64,000 bases of DNA from positions 5,987 through 69,986 of the forward strand of contig JAZNWF010000071.1 of the NCBI GenBank assembly GCA_045593165.1, written 5' to 3'. Numbering within the stretch: position 1 is the stretch's first letter; every line of letters starts with the position of its first letter. Origin of the DNA: Eubacteriales bacterium (GTDB taxonomy: Bacteria > Bacillota > Clostridia > Oscillospirales > CAG-382). This document shows, in pieces, positions 39,904 to 49,224 of this stretch. The position numbers and the translations under genes are program-made. The notes beneath the pieces were generated by a model, which was not told the origin of the DNA, searched no databases, and was given only the letters and a program-made list of their open reading frames with translations.

Positions 39904-40266
39904 ATGGAAAGTTTGAAGTTATGCGAAAGCGATTATCGTTTTATGACAGTTATCTGGGACAACGAACCGATACCGTCGGGTAAGCTTGTTGAGCTTTGCA
40001 AGGAAAAGTTGGGTTGGAAGAAGCCGACGACCTACACAACGCTTAAAAAGCTTTGCGAAAAGGGCTTTGCAAAGAACGAAAACACCGTCGTTTCCGCTCT
40101 TATTCCGCGCAACGAGGTACAAACGTATGCAAGTGAGCATTTCGTTGAGCATACCTTCGACGGTTCTCTGCCGAAGTTTTTAGTATCCTTCCTCGGCGGA
40201 AAAAAGCTTTCCGAACAAGAAGCAGAGGAGCTTAAAAAGCTGATAGACGAACACAAGGAGGATTAA
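39904..40266 (+). CDS. BlaI/MecI/CopY family transcriptional repressor
   Basis: About 120 aa winged-helix protein (SDYRFMTVIWDNEPIPSGKLVE..KKPTTYTTLKKLCEKGF). Directly upstream of an M56 sensor gene. The track N-terminal extension was rejected. Confidence 0.88.
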   Translation: MESLKLCESDYRFMTVIWDNEPIPSGKLVELCKEKLGWKKPTTYTTLKKLCEKGFAKNENTVVSALIPRNEVQTYASEHFVEHTFDGSLPKFLVSFLGGKKLSEQEAEELKKLIDEHKED

Positions 40267-40268
40267 TA

Positions 40269-42050
40269 GTGGTTAACATTTTTAACATCGTTTTGCAGAT
40301 GAGCTTTGATGCAAGCGTTGTTATCCTTGTCGTATTGGTTATGCGGCTTATTTTGGCTAAAGCACCGAAGAAGTATTCGTATATGCTTTGGAGCGTTGTC
40401 GCGTTCAGGCTTTGCTGTCCGATAAGCTTTGCCGCTTTTTTCAGTGTTTTCAGACTCGGGCAGCCAAATGCTCCCGAATTGCCGAATTCGAGCGGTGATA
40501 TTATTATCGAAAACACGTTCGGCAATCCAAACGTCGGCGAAAACGTTTCTGTTTCTACCGTAGGCGGCGCAGAGCTGACAAGTACAAATTGGATACAGAT
40601 ATTCAATACCACGGTTATGATAATCTGGTTTATCGGATTTGCCGCGGTGCTGACATACGCCATCGTTTCTTATTCCAAGGTGAAACGAATGATGTCCAAC
40701 GCCTGCCGTTACGATAAAAACGTTTTTATGTCCGAGCGTGTAAGTTCTCCTTTTGCTTTAGGATTTATTCGCCCTAAAATTTACATCCCTTTCGGGCTCG
40801 ACGACGAAACACGTGAGCAGATACTTATGCACGAAAGGTGTCACATAAAACGCGGCGATCACATTATTAAGCCGTTAGCGTTTTTGATACTTGCCGTACA
40901 TTGGTTCAATCCGTTTTGTTGGTTAGCATTCAAGCTGATGAGTCTTGATATGGAAATGAGCTGTGACGAGAGGGTTTTGAAACTACGAGGAGATGAAGTG
41001 ATGAAAAAGAACTACTCGAAAGCACTGCTTTCGTTTGCTACAAACCGCCGCTTCCCTGCTCCGAGCCCTATTGCATTCAGCGAAAGCGGAGGAAATGCGG
41101 AAAAACGCATTAAGCACGCACTATATTGGAAAAAGCCCAAGTTTATTGTTAATCTTATATGTATCATTCTTTGTGTTGCGGTTTTAGCCGCCTGCGCCGC
41201 AAACGCGGAGGTTCCGAGTTGGGACAAAGTCAAGACCGAAACCTTTGGCGAAAACCCATATAATTTTGTTTTTGCAAGCAACGGTGACGGAACTTGTGTT
41301 ATAAGGGAGATCCGTGTGGATATTCACTACGAAGGCGACATTCACCTGATAATTCCCGAAAAAGCACCCAACGGCGATGTCGTGATCGGTATAGACAATT
41401 TTTGGGGACTTGACGGAGATTCGGTAATGCGCAACCTACCGAGATATCTTACAAAATCGGATATGGAAGCGATCGTTACGAGGATAGAAAAACAATCACC
41501 CCAAAAAGCTGTTGAAAACCTATATTCGATAGGCTATAACCCTGCACGTGATGCGAAAACCTTCTTTGCGTTCTTTAGCGAAGAGGAGGCGGCAAACAGC
41601 AACATTTATTATAAGCTCGAGCCCTATTTACAAAGGGACGAAAAAATGAGATTGTCAACCATACTCGACGTATACGGGTTCGACGAGGAGGATGCATATC
41701 AATACACAGTTAATTTCCTCGATTCGCTCGAAAAGGATTCCCACGAGCAAAACGAGGCGGCTCGTGAAGCGTTCAAGCATCTTTACTTTGATGGAAGAAG
41801 AATAACCGAGATAACCTTCCCCGAAAGTGTAAAATCGATTGAATACGGTTCGTTTGATGGCTGTGATTCGCTTGAAAAGGTAAATGGTTTGAGCAATGAT
41901 TGCGCTATATCGCTGTTTATTTACGACGAGACCTCTGACACAGGTTATATTAACGAGCACGTAATCATTTCCACTGCAGACAAAGAGGATCTGACAAGCA
42001 CAGCTTATGAAAAAGATTCCAACGAGGATCTTATAAACGCAATAAAATAG
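40269..42050 (+). CDS. BlaR1-type M56 peptidase sensor-transducer with C-terminal leucine-rich-repeat-like ectodomain
   Basis: 593 aa, GTG start. N-terminal TM plus HERCHIKRGDH (HExxH) M56 domain. The C-terminal roughly 270 aa lack penicillin-binding motifs (no SxxK seen) and contain ITEITFPESVKSIEYGSFDGCDSLEKV, a BspA-type LRR signature. Confidence 0.82.
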   Translation: MVNIFNIVLQMSFDASVVILVVLVMRLILAKAPKKYSYMLWSVVAFRLCCPISFAAFFSVFRLGQPNAPELPNSSGDIIIENTFGNPNVGENVSVSTVGGAELTSTNWIQIFNTTVMIIWFIGFAAVLTYAIVSYSKVKRMMSNACRYDKNVFMSERVSSPFALGFIRPKIYIPFGLDDETREQILMHERCHIKRGDHIIKPLAFLILAVHWFNPFCWLAFKLMSLDMEMSCDERVLKLRGDEVMKKNYSKALLSFATNRRFPAPSPIAFSESGGNAEKRIKHALYWKKPKFIVNLICIILCVAVLAACAANAEVPSWDKVKTETFGENPYNFVFASNGDGTCVIREIRVDIHYEGDIHLIIPEKAPNGDVVIGIDNFWGLDGDSVMRNLPRYLTKSDMEAIVTRIEKQSPQKAVENLYSIGYNPARDAKTFFAFFSEEEAANSNIYYKLEPYLQRDEKMRLSTILDVYGFDEEDAYQYTVNFLDSLEKDSHEQNEAAREAFKHLYFDGRRITEITFPESVKSIEYGSFDGCDSLEKVNGLSNDCAISLFIYDETSDTGYINEHVIISTADKEDLTSTAYEKDSNEDLINAIK

Positions 42051-42053
42051 ACA

Positions 42054-42089
42054 AAAAGACGGGATCAAATTGATTCCGTCTTTTCTTTT
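42054..42089. terminator. Bidirectional intrinsic terminator
   Basis: aagacgggatca-aat-tgattccgtctt hairpin flanked by A- and T-runs, between convergent genes. Confidence 0.75.
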
Positions 42090-42098
42090 ATTCAATTC

Positions 42099-42851
42099 TT
42101 AACCCAACAATACGTCGCTCGCCAGCATTACGCAAAATCCGACAAGAAGCGCGTAGGTTGCCGCGCGCTCGCTTCCGTGCGAATGTGTTTCGGGTATCAT
42201 TTCGTCGCTTATTACGTAAAGCATCGTTCCGCCGGCGAATGCCAAGGCAAACGGCAATATTACCGTCGCTATGCTTACCGCAAAATAACCTATAAGCGTG
42301 CCGACAACCTCGATCAATCCCGTTATCATAGCACAGACAAAGGTCTTCTTCGGTGAAACGCCTGATGCGAGCATCGGTCCGATAATAACCATACCCTCGG
42401 GAATATTTTGAAGTGCTATACCGCCTGCTATTATAAGCGCCTGAGAGGTATCGCCCGAGCCGAACCCAACGCCTGCAGCTATACCCTCGGGAAGATTGTG
42501 TATAGCGATCGCGGTGACAAAAAGCAGCACTTTATTCAAGCCGTTATCCTCGTGGTGCTCGATATCCGTACCTACCATTTTGTGCAGATGAGGCACTACC
42601 TTATCGATAAGGTTCAAGCACAGCGCGCCGACAAATATGCCCGCTACAGTAATAACAAGACCGTATTCTCCACCGTATTCAAGCGACGGAAGCACAAGCC
42701 CGAGCACTGCCGCGGCGAGCATTACCCCTGCCGCAAAGGATAGCACGATATCCGAAAATCTATGTGAAATTTTTTTGAAAACAAAGCCAATAAGCGCACC
42801 TATTACCGTTGCGCCGCCGACACCCAACGCCGTAAGCAATACCAATTCCAT
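42099..42851 (-). CDS. ZIP family divalent-metal transporter (ZupT-like)
   Basis: 250 aa, 8 TM. AIAIHNLPEGIA and LQNIPEGM motifs. Confidence 0.88.
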   Translation of the reverse strand: MELVLLTALGVGGATVIGALIGFVFKKISHRFSDIVLSFAAGVMLAAAVLGLVLPSLEYGGEYGLVITVAGIFVGALCLNLIDKVVPHLHKMVGTDIEHHEDNGLNKVLLFVTAIAIHNLPEGIAAGVGFGSGDTSQALIIAGGIALQNIPEGMVIIGPMLASGVSPKKTFVCAMITGLIEVVGTLIGYFAVSIATVILPFALAFAGGTMLYVISDEMIPETHSHGSERAATYALLVGFCVMLASDVLLG

Positions 42852-42877
42852 TTAAGTATTACTCCTTTACACTTAAT

Positions 42878-42910
42878 CAAAAAGCATCGGTTTTACCCGA
42901 TGCTCTTTTT
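42878..42910. terminator. Intrinsic terminator ending the O2/ROS-detoxification operon
   Basis: agcatcgg-ttttac-ccgatgct stem with T-runs on both strands. Confidence 0.75.
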
Positions 42911-42924
42911 CACAGTATATGTAT

Positions 42925-43134
42925 TTATACCTTTTCGGGTCCCATAAGTATTTCGGATATTACATCAAGCACCTTAGAGTGACAACCACCGCAGCCTGTT
43001 GAACAATGCGTTATTTTTTGAACATCCTCAAATGCCGCAAGTACACTATCGAAGGTTTTATGCGTATGAAGCGCATCAGCTATATCAACGTAGCTTACTT
43101 GCTTACAGTTACATACCATATAATTTTCTTTCAT
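42925..43134 (-). CDS. BFD-like [2Fe-2S]-binding domain protein
   Basis: 69 aa. VCNCKQV ... CSTGCGGC Cys pattern of the BFD-like domain. AAGGAG RBS. Confidence 0.8.
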   Translation of the reverse strand: MKENYMVCNCKQVSYVDIADALHTHKTFDSVLAAFEDVQKITHCSTGCGGCHSKVLDVISEILMGPEKV

Positions 43135-43146
43135 CGTTAAGCTCCT

Positions 43147-43302
43147 TTACTCCGCGCTGAAGTTTTCCTTGCCTACTCCGCAGAGAAGACATTCGAAATC
43201 ATCGGGAAGATCTTCAAATTTAGTACCCGCCACAATTCCGTGTTCGGGAATACCCACTTCTTCATCGTATTCCCAGCCGCATATGTCACATACGTATTTC
43301 AT
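43147..43302 (-). CDS. Rubredoxin
   Basis: 51 aa [15 protein letters not shown]...[15 protein letters not shown] with two CxxC pairs. AGGAGG RBS. The track N-terminal extension was rejected. Confidence 0.92.
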   Translation of the reverse strand: MKYVCDICGWEYDEEVGIPEHGIVAGTKFEDLPDDFECLLCGVGKENFSAE

Positions 43303-43319
43303 TATCTGATTCCTCCTGA

Positions 43320-43694
43320 TCAAAGTTCTGCCTTCCACAAGCCGTGGAGATTGCAATATGCATAAACCGCTATCGGCTTTTCCTCGCCGAGAACAAAGGT
43401 CACGGTAGGGGCATCGCCTGCTTTAAGACATCTTCTGTGTCCGCCGCAGCAGGTTTCGAGATACACCCATTCGATAAGATGCTCTTCAGTCATAGGATGA
43501 TCGACTGAGCCAACGTTTACAATAACCTTTCCGTCTTCAACGGTAGCAACGGGGATATGCTTTTCCTTACTCGCTTCAACTGTACCGGGAACGAGCTCGG
43601 TCATTTTTTTGCCGCAGCACATCATAGGGACGCCTGAAGAATGTACCATACCTACAAGGTTGCCACAGGTTTCACATACGTAAAATTTTGCCAT
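43320..43694 (-). CDS. Desulfoferrodoxin (2Fe superoxide reductase)
   Basis: 124 aa. N-terminal desulforedoxin-like CETCGN..CCG. SOR domain [32 protein letters not shown]. Confidence 0.92.
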   Translation of the reverse strand: MAKFYVCETCGNLVGMVHSSGVPMMCCGKKMTELVPGTVEASKEKHIPVATVEDGKVIVNVGSVDHPMTEEHLIEWVYLETCCGGHRRCLKAGDAPTVTFVLGEEKPIAVYAYCNLHGLWKAEL

Positions 43695-43716
43695 GATTGT
43701 ATCCTCCAAAATTATA

Positions 43717-45507
43717 TTATTCAATAGGTTCGAAATCAGCTGCTCCGTGCTTACACAACGGACAGATGAAATCCTCGGGAAGCGGATCGCCCTCGTAAAC
43801 GTATCCGCAGATTTTACAAACGTATCCCTTTTTACCGTCGGTTTTGGGCCTGGGCTTTACGTTTTCGTGGTAATAGCTATACGTCATTGTTTCCCTGTCG
43901 GAGATAACACGAGATTCGGTTATCGAGCAGATGAACATTCCGTGAGTATCCAAATCGACATACTGCTCAACCTTTAACGACATAAACGAATTGATATATC
44001 TCGGTAGGAAGACAAGTCTGTTATCCGAGCGAAGCGTTTCGCAATTTGCGAACTTATCGACGTTTCTGCCGCTTACAAATCCAAACGCCTCGAACACCTT
44101 AAACGGTGCATCGACAGTAAGGCAATTGATATTCATTATACCCGACTGCTTTATAATATGATGTGAATAGTTTTCTTTATTGATCGTAACGGCTATTCTG
44201 TTCGGAGAATTAGTTACCTGCGAAACGGTATTAACTATACAGCCATTATCCTTTTTTCCGTCGTTACTTGTTACGACGTACAAACCGTAGCCGATCTTGA
44301 AAAGCGCCGTTAAATCGTTTTTATTTGCGGTTGAGTCCTGCTGAGCGAGGTAATCTTTACAAAGCTCATTTGCAAGATCTTCTATCTGCTGTTTGCTTTC
44401 ATCGTTAAGCGCAGAAAGTATTCTAACCGTGGTTTCCGCATAATTGATATTTTTGCACTTTTCGAGCATTCCCTTCATTACCTTTGCGGCAAGAGGTGCC
44501 CAGCTTCCGTTTTCTATAAACGCTACGGTACGGTTTTGGAAATTACGCTCGGTGAGGTGATTAATAAACTCGCGCATAAACGGGAATATGTCCGCATTAT
44601 AGGTTGTGGTTGCAAGAACCAGCTTTCCGTAGCGGAACGCATCCTCAACCGCCTCTGCCATATCGCATCTTGCCAAATCGTTTACTACAACCTTGGGGCA
44701 ACCGTTTGCTTTCAGCTTTTCTGCAAGCTGAAGAGCAGCCTTTTTTGTATTACCGTATACTGAGGTATACGCGATAACGATTCCTTCGGTTTCTACCGAA
44801 TAGCTAGACCAGATATTATAGAGATTGAGGTAATAACCGAGATTTTCGGTAAGAACCGGTCCGTGAAGCGGACAGATGATGCTTATATCGAGCGCAGATG
44901 CCTTTTTGAGCAGGCTCTGAACCTGCGGACCGTATTTACCTACTATACCTATATAATATCTTCTTGCCTCGCACGCCCAATCCTCCTCTACGTCGAGTGC
45001 GCCGAATTTACCGAAGCCGTCTGCTGAGAACAATACCTTATCGGTGCTATCGTAGGTTACGATGACCTCAGGCCAATGAACCATAGGTGCAGTTACGAAG
45101 GTCAAAACGTGTTTTCCGAGCGATAAAGTATCTCCCTCTCCGACAACAATCTGCTTTTCGGGGAAATCGGTGCCGAAAAAGTTCTTCATCATCGCAAACG
45201 CCTTTACGGACGAAACGATCTTCGCATCGGGATACGCCTTTACGAAATTGAAGATATTTGCCGAATGGTCGGGCTCCATATGCTGAACTATAAGGTAATC
45301 GGGACTTCTGCCCTGAAGCGTATTTTGTATATTATCGAGCCATTCGTGAGTGAAGTTTGCATCGACGGTATCCATTATCGCGATCTTTTCATCAATTATC
45401 GCGTAGGAATTATACGCCATACCGTTGGGAACAACGTATTGTCCCTCGAAAAGATCGACCTTATGATCGTTAACACCAATATATTTTATATCGTTCGTTA
45501 TCTTCAT
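43717..45507 (-). CDS. Multidomain flavodiiron protein (metallo-beta-lactamase + flavodoxin + flavin-reductase-like + rubredoxin)
   Basis: 596 aa. HMEPDH diiron motif, flavodoxin IVIAYTSVYGNTKK, a split-barrel flavin-reductase-like segment (GLYVVTSNDGKKDNGCIVNTVSQV), and a C-terminal rubredoxin CKICGYVYEG...CPLCKHG. Confidence 0.9.
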   Translation of the reverse strand: MKITNDIKYIGVNDHKVDLFEGQYVVPNGMAYNSYAIIDEKIAIMDTVDANFTHEWLDNIQNTLQGRSPDYLIVQHMEPDHSANIFNFVKAYPDAKIVSSVKAFAMMKNFFGTDFPEKQIVVGEGDTLSLGKHVLTFVTAPMVHWPEVIVTYDSTDKVLFSADGFGKFGALDVEEDWACEARRYYIGIVGKYGPQVQSLLKKASALDISIICPLHGPVLTENLGYYLNLYNIWSSYSVETEGIVIAYTSVYGNTKKAALQLAEKLKANGCPKVVVNDLARCDMAEAVEDAFRYGKLVLATTTYNADIFPFMREFINHLTERNFQNRTVAFIENGSWAPLAAKVMKGMLEKCKNINYAETTVRILSALNDESKQQIEDLANELCKDYLAQQDSTANKNDLTALFKIGYGLYVVTSNDGKKDNGCIVNTVSQVTNSPNRIAVTINKENYSHHIIKQSGIMNINCLTVDAPFKVFEAFGFVSGRNVDKFANCETLRSDNRLVFLPRYINSFMSLKVEQYVDLDTHGMFICSITESRVISDRETMTYSYYHENVKPRPKTDGKKGYVCKICGYVYEGDPLPEDFICPLCKHGAADFEPIE

Positions 45508-45538
45508 AAAAAACTCCTGCTTTTTATTTGTTGTGGTT

Positions 45539-45567
45539 ATTATATCACAAAAAAATACGTTTGAAAA
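45539..45567 (-). promoter_or_regulatory. Candidate promoter of the flavodiiron operon
   Basis: Minus strand reads TTTTCA, 17 nt, then TGaTATAAT (extended -10), about 30 nt upstream of the start. Confidence 0.5.
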
Positions 45568-45582
45568 GGGGTTTTACAAAAT

Positions 45583-47055
45583 TTATTGAGAATTTTTCTT
45601 ATTATCGTTTTCTTTTATAAATTCTTCTAATTTTAGAGAGAGATCGCGTTTTAAAATCGGTATTGCATCGCGCCTTACCCAGCTTGACCAATAGGTATAG
45701 CCGCCTAACGTCATCGAGCGCGGTGTAGCCATATAGTTATAGTAACCGCAAACCTGATCAATGGGGATCGTTTTAACGCCTGTAAAGCGTGAGCGAAGCC
45801 ACAAGGACATATCCACCAGGCTTTCACCGGGAACACCGACGAATAAGTATCCGCAAAGCATCATCGCGTATACCCTTACCGTCACCTTATGTGTTTTCAA
45901 TTCCTCGTCAGTAAATCCGTATTCACTTCCGCGGCACATATGGGGTATATGTCCGATTCTCCATCGGTCATCGATAAGACGTTTGATTTCGGCAGGTGTT
46001 TTCCCTTCCTTGATTGCATCATCCAACTCTGCTTGAGCGTTTTCGACCTTATGCCAGATATTTTTCACTTCTTCGTAATTATACGGAATATCCTCCTTCA
46101 TAGGAAGCTCGATATCAAAGTAATCTGTTTTAAACAGTTGATCGTTATCAAGCTTTTTGAAATTGGATTCAACGCATTCACGGAGTTTACCGCCTATTAA
46201 TTTTGCTAAGCGTTTACATTCATCTGCGGACTTTTTATAGGTATCGGTATCCTTACAGTCCTTTTTAGTCGCAAGGTCTGCGCAGGGGCCGTTTATATAC
46301 ATCCCCACACCGCCGAAATATGCCTCCATATCGTCGGCAAGATAGCCCGTCCAATCGTAATCGTAATGATATTCTTTGAATCTCTCGGGGTTATCGCTAT
46401 GCTCGAAAAGCACGGCTACGTCGGGATGTGCGGCAAAACGGCTTAACGTGCCCAAGGTATTGCCGTTTTTGTCCTTAAACATAAACAGATACGCCAAAGG
46501 ATCGTTATTATTATCGAAATATATCGGCTTATCAAACACGGGGAGATTTGGCTTATATCCCTTTAAAAGCATTATATCGGGGTTTTGGGTAAAGGGTTTG
46601 CCATGCTCGTCAAACTCGATTCCACGCCAGACCGTTACTCCGCCCAGGCCCTCTATATATTGCTCGCGGTTGAACGAAAATTCCGTTCCCATATCGCACT
46701 CGGCGGAGAAGACATCACATTCGACGGCATTATCTATCATAGAGAGCACTGTTTGAGTTGATTTTTCTATCAACGCATCCATAACAGAGCCTGTGATATC
46801 GTCATATCCCGGTGCGGCGTGTATCTGAAGCTCGTGATACCATACAGATCTTTCGGGTATGCCGGTACGCTTTGATATTTCTTTTACGAAGCGCGCCGCT
46901 TCGCGAGAGTAGGTGGCATTAAAATCGAACGCGGCGATCAGCGCCCTTTCTTCGCCTGATTCTATATACAAAAATCTACCGTACAAATCTGTTCCGTATG
47001 GCCACACGGGCTTGAACGTACCCTTGGTTGACATCTTGGCAAAGCTGCATTTCAT
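45583..47055 (-). CDS. Hypothetical protein (490 aa), no confident family assignment
   Basis: Long ORF with its own promoter and a GGGGGA RBS. The N-terminus faintly resembles neutral-ceramidase-like hydrolases, which is not enough to call. Confidence 0.7.
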   Translation of the reverse strand: MKCSFAKMSTKGTFKPVWPYGTDLYGRFLYIESGEERALIAAFDFNATYSREAARFVKEISKRTGIPERSVWYHELQIHAAPGYDDITGSVMDALIEKSTQTVLSMIDNAVECDVFSAECDMGTEFSFNREQYIEGLGGVTVWRGIEFDEHGKPFTQNPDIMLLKGYKPNLPVFDKPIYFDNNNDPLAYLFMFKDKNGNTLGTLSRFAAHPDVAVLFEHSDNPERFKEYHYDYDWTGYLADDMEAYFGGVGMYINGPCADLATKKDCKDTDTYKKSADECKRLAKLIGGKLRECVESNFKKLDNDQLFKTDYFDIELPMKEDIPYNYEEVKNIWHKVENAQAELDDAIKEGKTPAEIKRLIDDRWRIGHIPHMCRGSEYGFTDEELKTHKVTVRVYAMMLCGYLFVGVPGESLVDMSLWLRSRFTGVKTIPIDQVCGYYNYMATPRSMTLGGYTYWSSWVRRDAIPILKRDLSLKLEEFIKENDNKKNSQ

Positions 47056-47087
47056 AATCGTTATCCCCCTGAATACTTACTGATTTC

Positions 47088-47116
47088 GTTATAGCACAAT
47101 TGCATATTGATTGCAA
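47088..47116 (-). promoter_or_regulatory. Sigma-70-type promoter for the 490-aa hypothetical gene
   Basis: Minus strand reads TTGCAA, 17 nt, then TGcTATAAC. Confidence 0.65.
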
Positions 47117-47127
47117 TAAAAACATAA

Positions 47128-47169
47128 TGGGAAAATGAAAAGGAAGCGCAGTAGACAAAGCTACTGCGC
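47128..47169 (-). terminator. Intrinsic terminator after the ECF sigma / anti-sigma pair
   Basis: gcgcagtag-N6-ctactgcgc perfect 9-bp stem, then a T-rich tract on the minus strand. Confidence 0.7.
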
Positions 47170-47173
47170 AGTT

Positions 47174-48526
47174 TCAAGCAACGCCATAATATGAGTTTGT
47201 TTTGTGTTTGCTTTTTTGATTTTCAAAATATTCATCCAAGCCGCTTACTTCAATTGCAGGAACATACGTTTTAGCATATGTTTGTATTCCATCCTCCGAT
47301 ACATTTATACATTTATAAAAAGCATAAAACGGGATAATCATTTCTCCGCTTACTCCTGACACGTATTCAATATCAACACAGGTATAATCACTGAAATCGA
47401 CCTCAGGCTGTGCCGCCATACATAGCGGGCAGGAATGACCTCCGAAAACGTATCCTTTTTCCAACAATTTCTCCGCTTCTTCCAACGAAAGCTTTTTTGA
47501 TTTTGACGTAACGGTATAATATTCATTCAAATCGACAACAGTTTCTCGGAGTGACACATCCGTCAAAAATGCTTCATCCTTAGAACCGCCCCAATCACAC
47601 ATAGTTCCTTTACCCCAATCGGTATGAAGAATCAATCTAATATAACTCGATGTCTTCGGCACGTTTAAGAAATTCTCCGGAAAAATTGTTTCTTCGGGAG
47701 TATAAAGATATATCGTTATGGCATCAAGCTGATCATAAGAATAATCACGTTCGATCTTAACTTCGGTATATGCTTTGCCGAATGAATTGCAAATATAATC
47801 GATAGTGTCCTTCAGTTTTTCTTGGATTTGCTCATCCGTGTCTGACTCCAAAACCGATACCATTTTATTCTCAATCGATAATCTTTGTTCGGGATATTGA
47901 TGATAATTAAAATACAGACTATTCCCACCGCCTATGAAATAGATACGGCGGCTTTCGTCCTCATTGGTTAATTTCGCTTCATAAAAAGCGGTGCCGTATG
48001 AATAATCCTTTTTTTCTATTTCGTAATCCGACACCTCTATATTGAAAAAGTGCGCTACAGAATTCGAATATTTATCGATAAATTCTTTAACATTGCTTTT
48101 TGTGACCGTCTCTTTTTTCCGCGAAAATATGGGAAGATACTCTGCTTCAGGCAACGGCAACAGATACAAATACTCCGGCGAAGCTACATAAACCTGGATA
48201 TATTGATTTGTACCATCATACTTAAGATCAAAAATATCGGCAATCTCATCTACATTTAAAACACTATTTTCCACACTTGAATCGATAACGGGAGACCATG
48301 GGTCACCCTGAGGCAAATATGGTTCGATATAGGCTTGATCGCGGTTGAACAGCGTCGCAACAATCGCTGTAATAATGATTGCAAAGCACGCAGCCATATA
48401 CCAAATACGCTGCCGTAAATTCCTTGTTTTCTTATTACGGATTATTGTTTCTTTTTTATTTATAAAATTTTCGATGATCTCCGAATCGATGTGGTTCATT
48501 CCTTCATTCCACTGCTCTTGATTCAT
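47174..48526 (-). CDS. Single-pass membrane protein, putative anti-sigma factor
   Basis: 450 aa. Short cytoplasmic N-terminus, one TM (IWYMAACFAIIITAIVATLF), large extracytoplasmic domain. 4-nt overlap with the upstream ECF sigma gene. The function is inferred from context only. Confidence 0.6.
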   Translation of the reverse strand: MNQEQWNEGMNHIDSEIIENFINKKETIIRNKKTRNLRQRIWYMAACFAIIITAIVATLFNRDQAYIEPYLPQGDPWSPVIDSSVENSVLNVDEIADIFDLKYDGTNQYIQVYVASPEYLYLLPLPEAEYLPIFSRKKETVTKSNVKEFIDKYSNSVAHFFNIEVSDYEIEKKDYSYGTAFYEAKLTNEDESRRIYFIGGGNSLYFNYHQYPEQRLSIENKMVSVLESDTDEQIQEKLKDTIDYICNSFGKAYTEVKIERDYSYDQLDAITIYLYTPEETIFPENFLNVPKTSSYIRLILHTDWGKGTMCDWGGSKDEAFLTDVSLRETVVDLNEYYTVTSKSKKLSLEEAEKLLEKGYVFGGHSCPLCMAAQPEVDFSDYTCVDIEYVSGVSGEMIIPFYAFYKCINVSEDGIQTYAKTYVPAIEVSGLDEYFENQKSKHKTNSYYGVA

Positions 48527-49116
48527 ATAGAAAAACCCTCACTTTCAAGTTTGGCTTTTAGGGCGACTCTGATTGCAGCAAGCTCCTTATTCACCATAGA
48601 CCTGCTCAATTGCAATTCACGTGCAATCGTATCGATCGAATCGGATATATAATATCTGCTTATAAATATAAATTGACGGCGTTCTGAAAGCGAACGGACA
48701 AACCCGCTGATTACACCTCCGAGACGTCTTGCATCAAAATCCAATTCAACATCATCGCTTGATATGAAATCTCCAAGCTCGGATAAAGAAATTGTCATTT
48801 CGGACGGTATAGCCGTCTTCTTACGCTTATTATGGTAGCGTTTTATTGCCACTCTTCGTACGATCGTTGTCAGGAACGCTTTAAGTAAATTGGGTCTTGT
48901 CGGCGGCATAGCATTCCAAGCACCGATATAAGTATCGTTCAGACATTCTTCGCAATCGAGTCTGTCATACAGCACATTGTAAGCAATAGAAAGCAGATAC
49001 TTTTTATATTTGAAGTCAGTCTCATCGATTGCTTTTTCATCGCGAGCCCAATATAGCTCGATAATTTGTTCATCGCCTATCGGCATTCTTGCGATTTCTT
49101 TCTGTTGGAGTTCCAT
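48523..49116 (-). CDS. ECF-type (sigma-70 family) RNA polymerase sigma factor
   Basis: 197 aa. Region 2 (YLLSIAYNVLYDRLDCEECLNDTYIGAW) and a region 4 HTH (ISDSIDTIARELQLSRSMVNKELAAIR). Confidence 0.85.
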   Translation of the reverse strand: MELQQKEIARMPIGDEQIIELYWARDEKAIDETDFKYKKYLLSIAYNVLYDRLDCEECLNDTYIGAWNAMPPTRPNLLKAFLTTIVRRVAIKRYHNKRKKTAIPSEMTISLSELGDFISSDDVELDFDARRLGGVISGFVRSLSERRQFIFISRYYISDSIDTIARELQLSRSMVNKELAAIRVALKAKLESEGFSI

Positions 49117-49224
49117 AGCTTAACACCCTTTCCATATATAAAATTCACCCTTCATATATAGATGTACCGAAAATTTTGAAAGTGTGTAATATTTTACCGT
49201 TTTTTCTATAATATACACGAAGAT

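Noticed and set aside
42852-42924. Possible Zur/metal-box promoter for the ZIP transporter
   Set aside because: The 73-nt gap is mostly occupied by the upstream operon terminator. I could identify no palindrome resembling a Fur-family box and no clear -10/-35.
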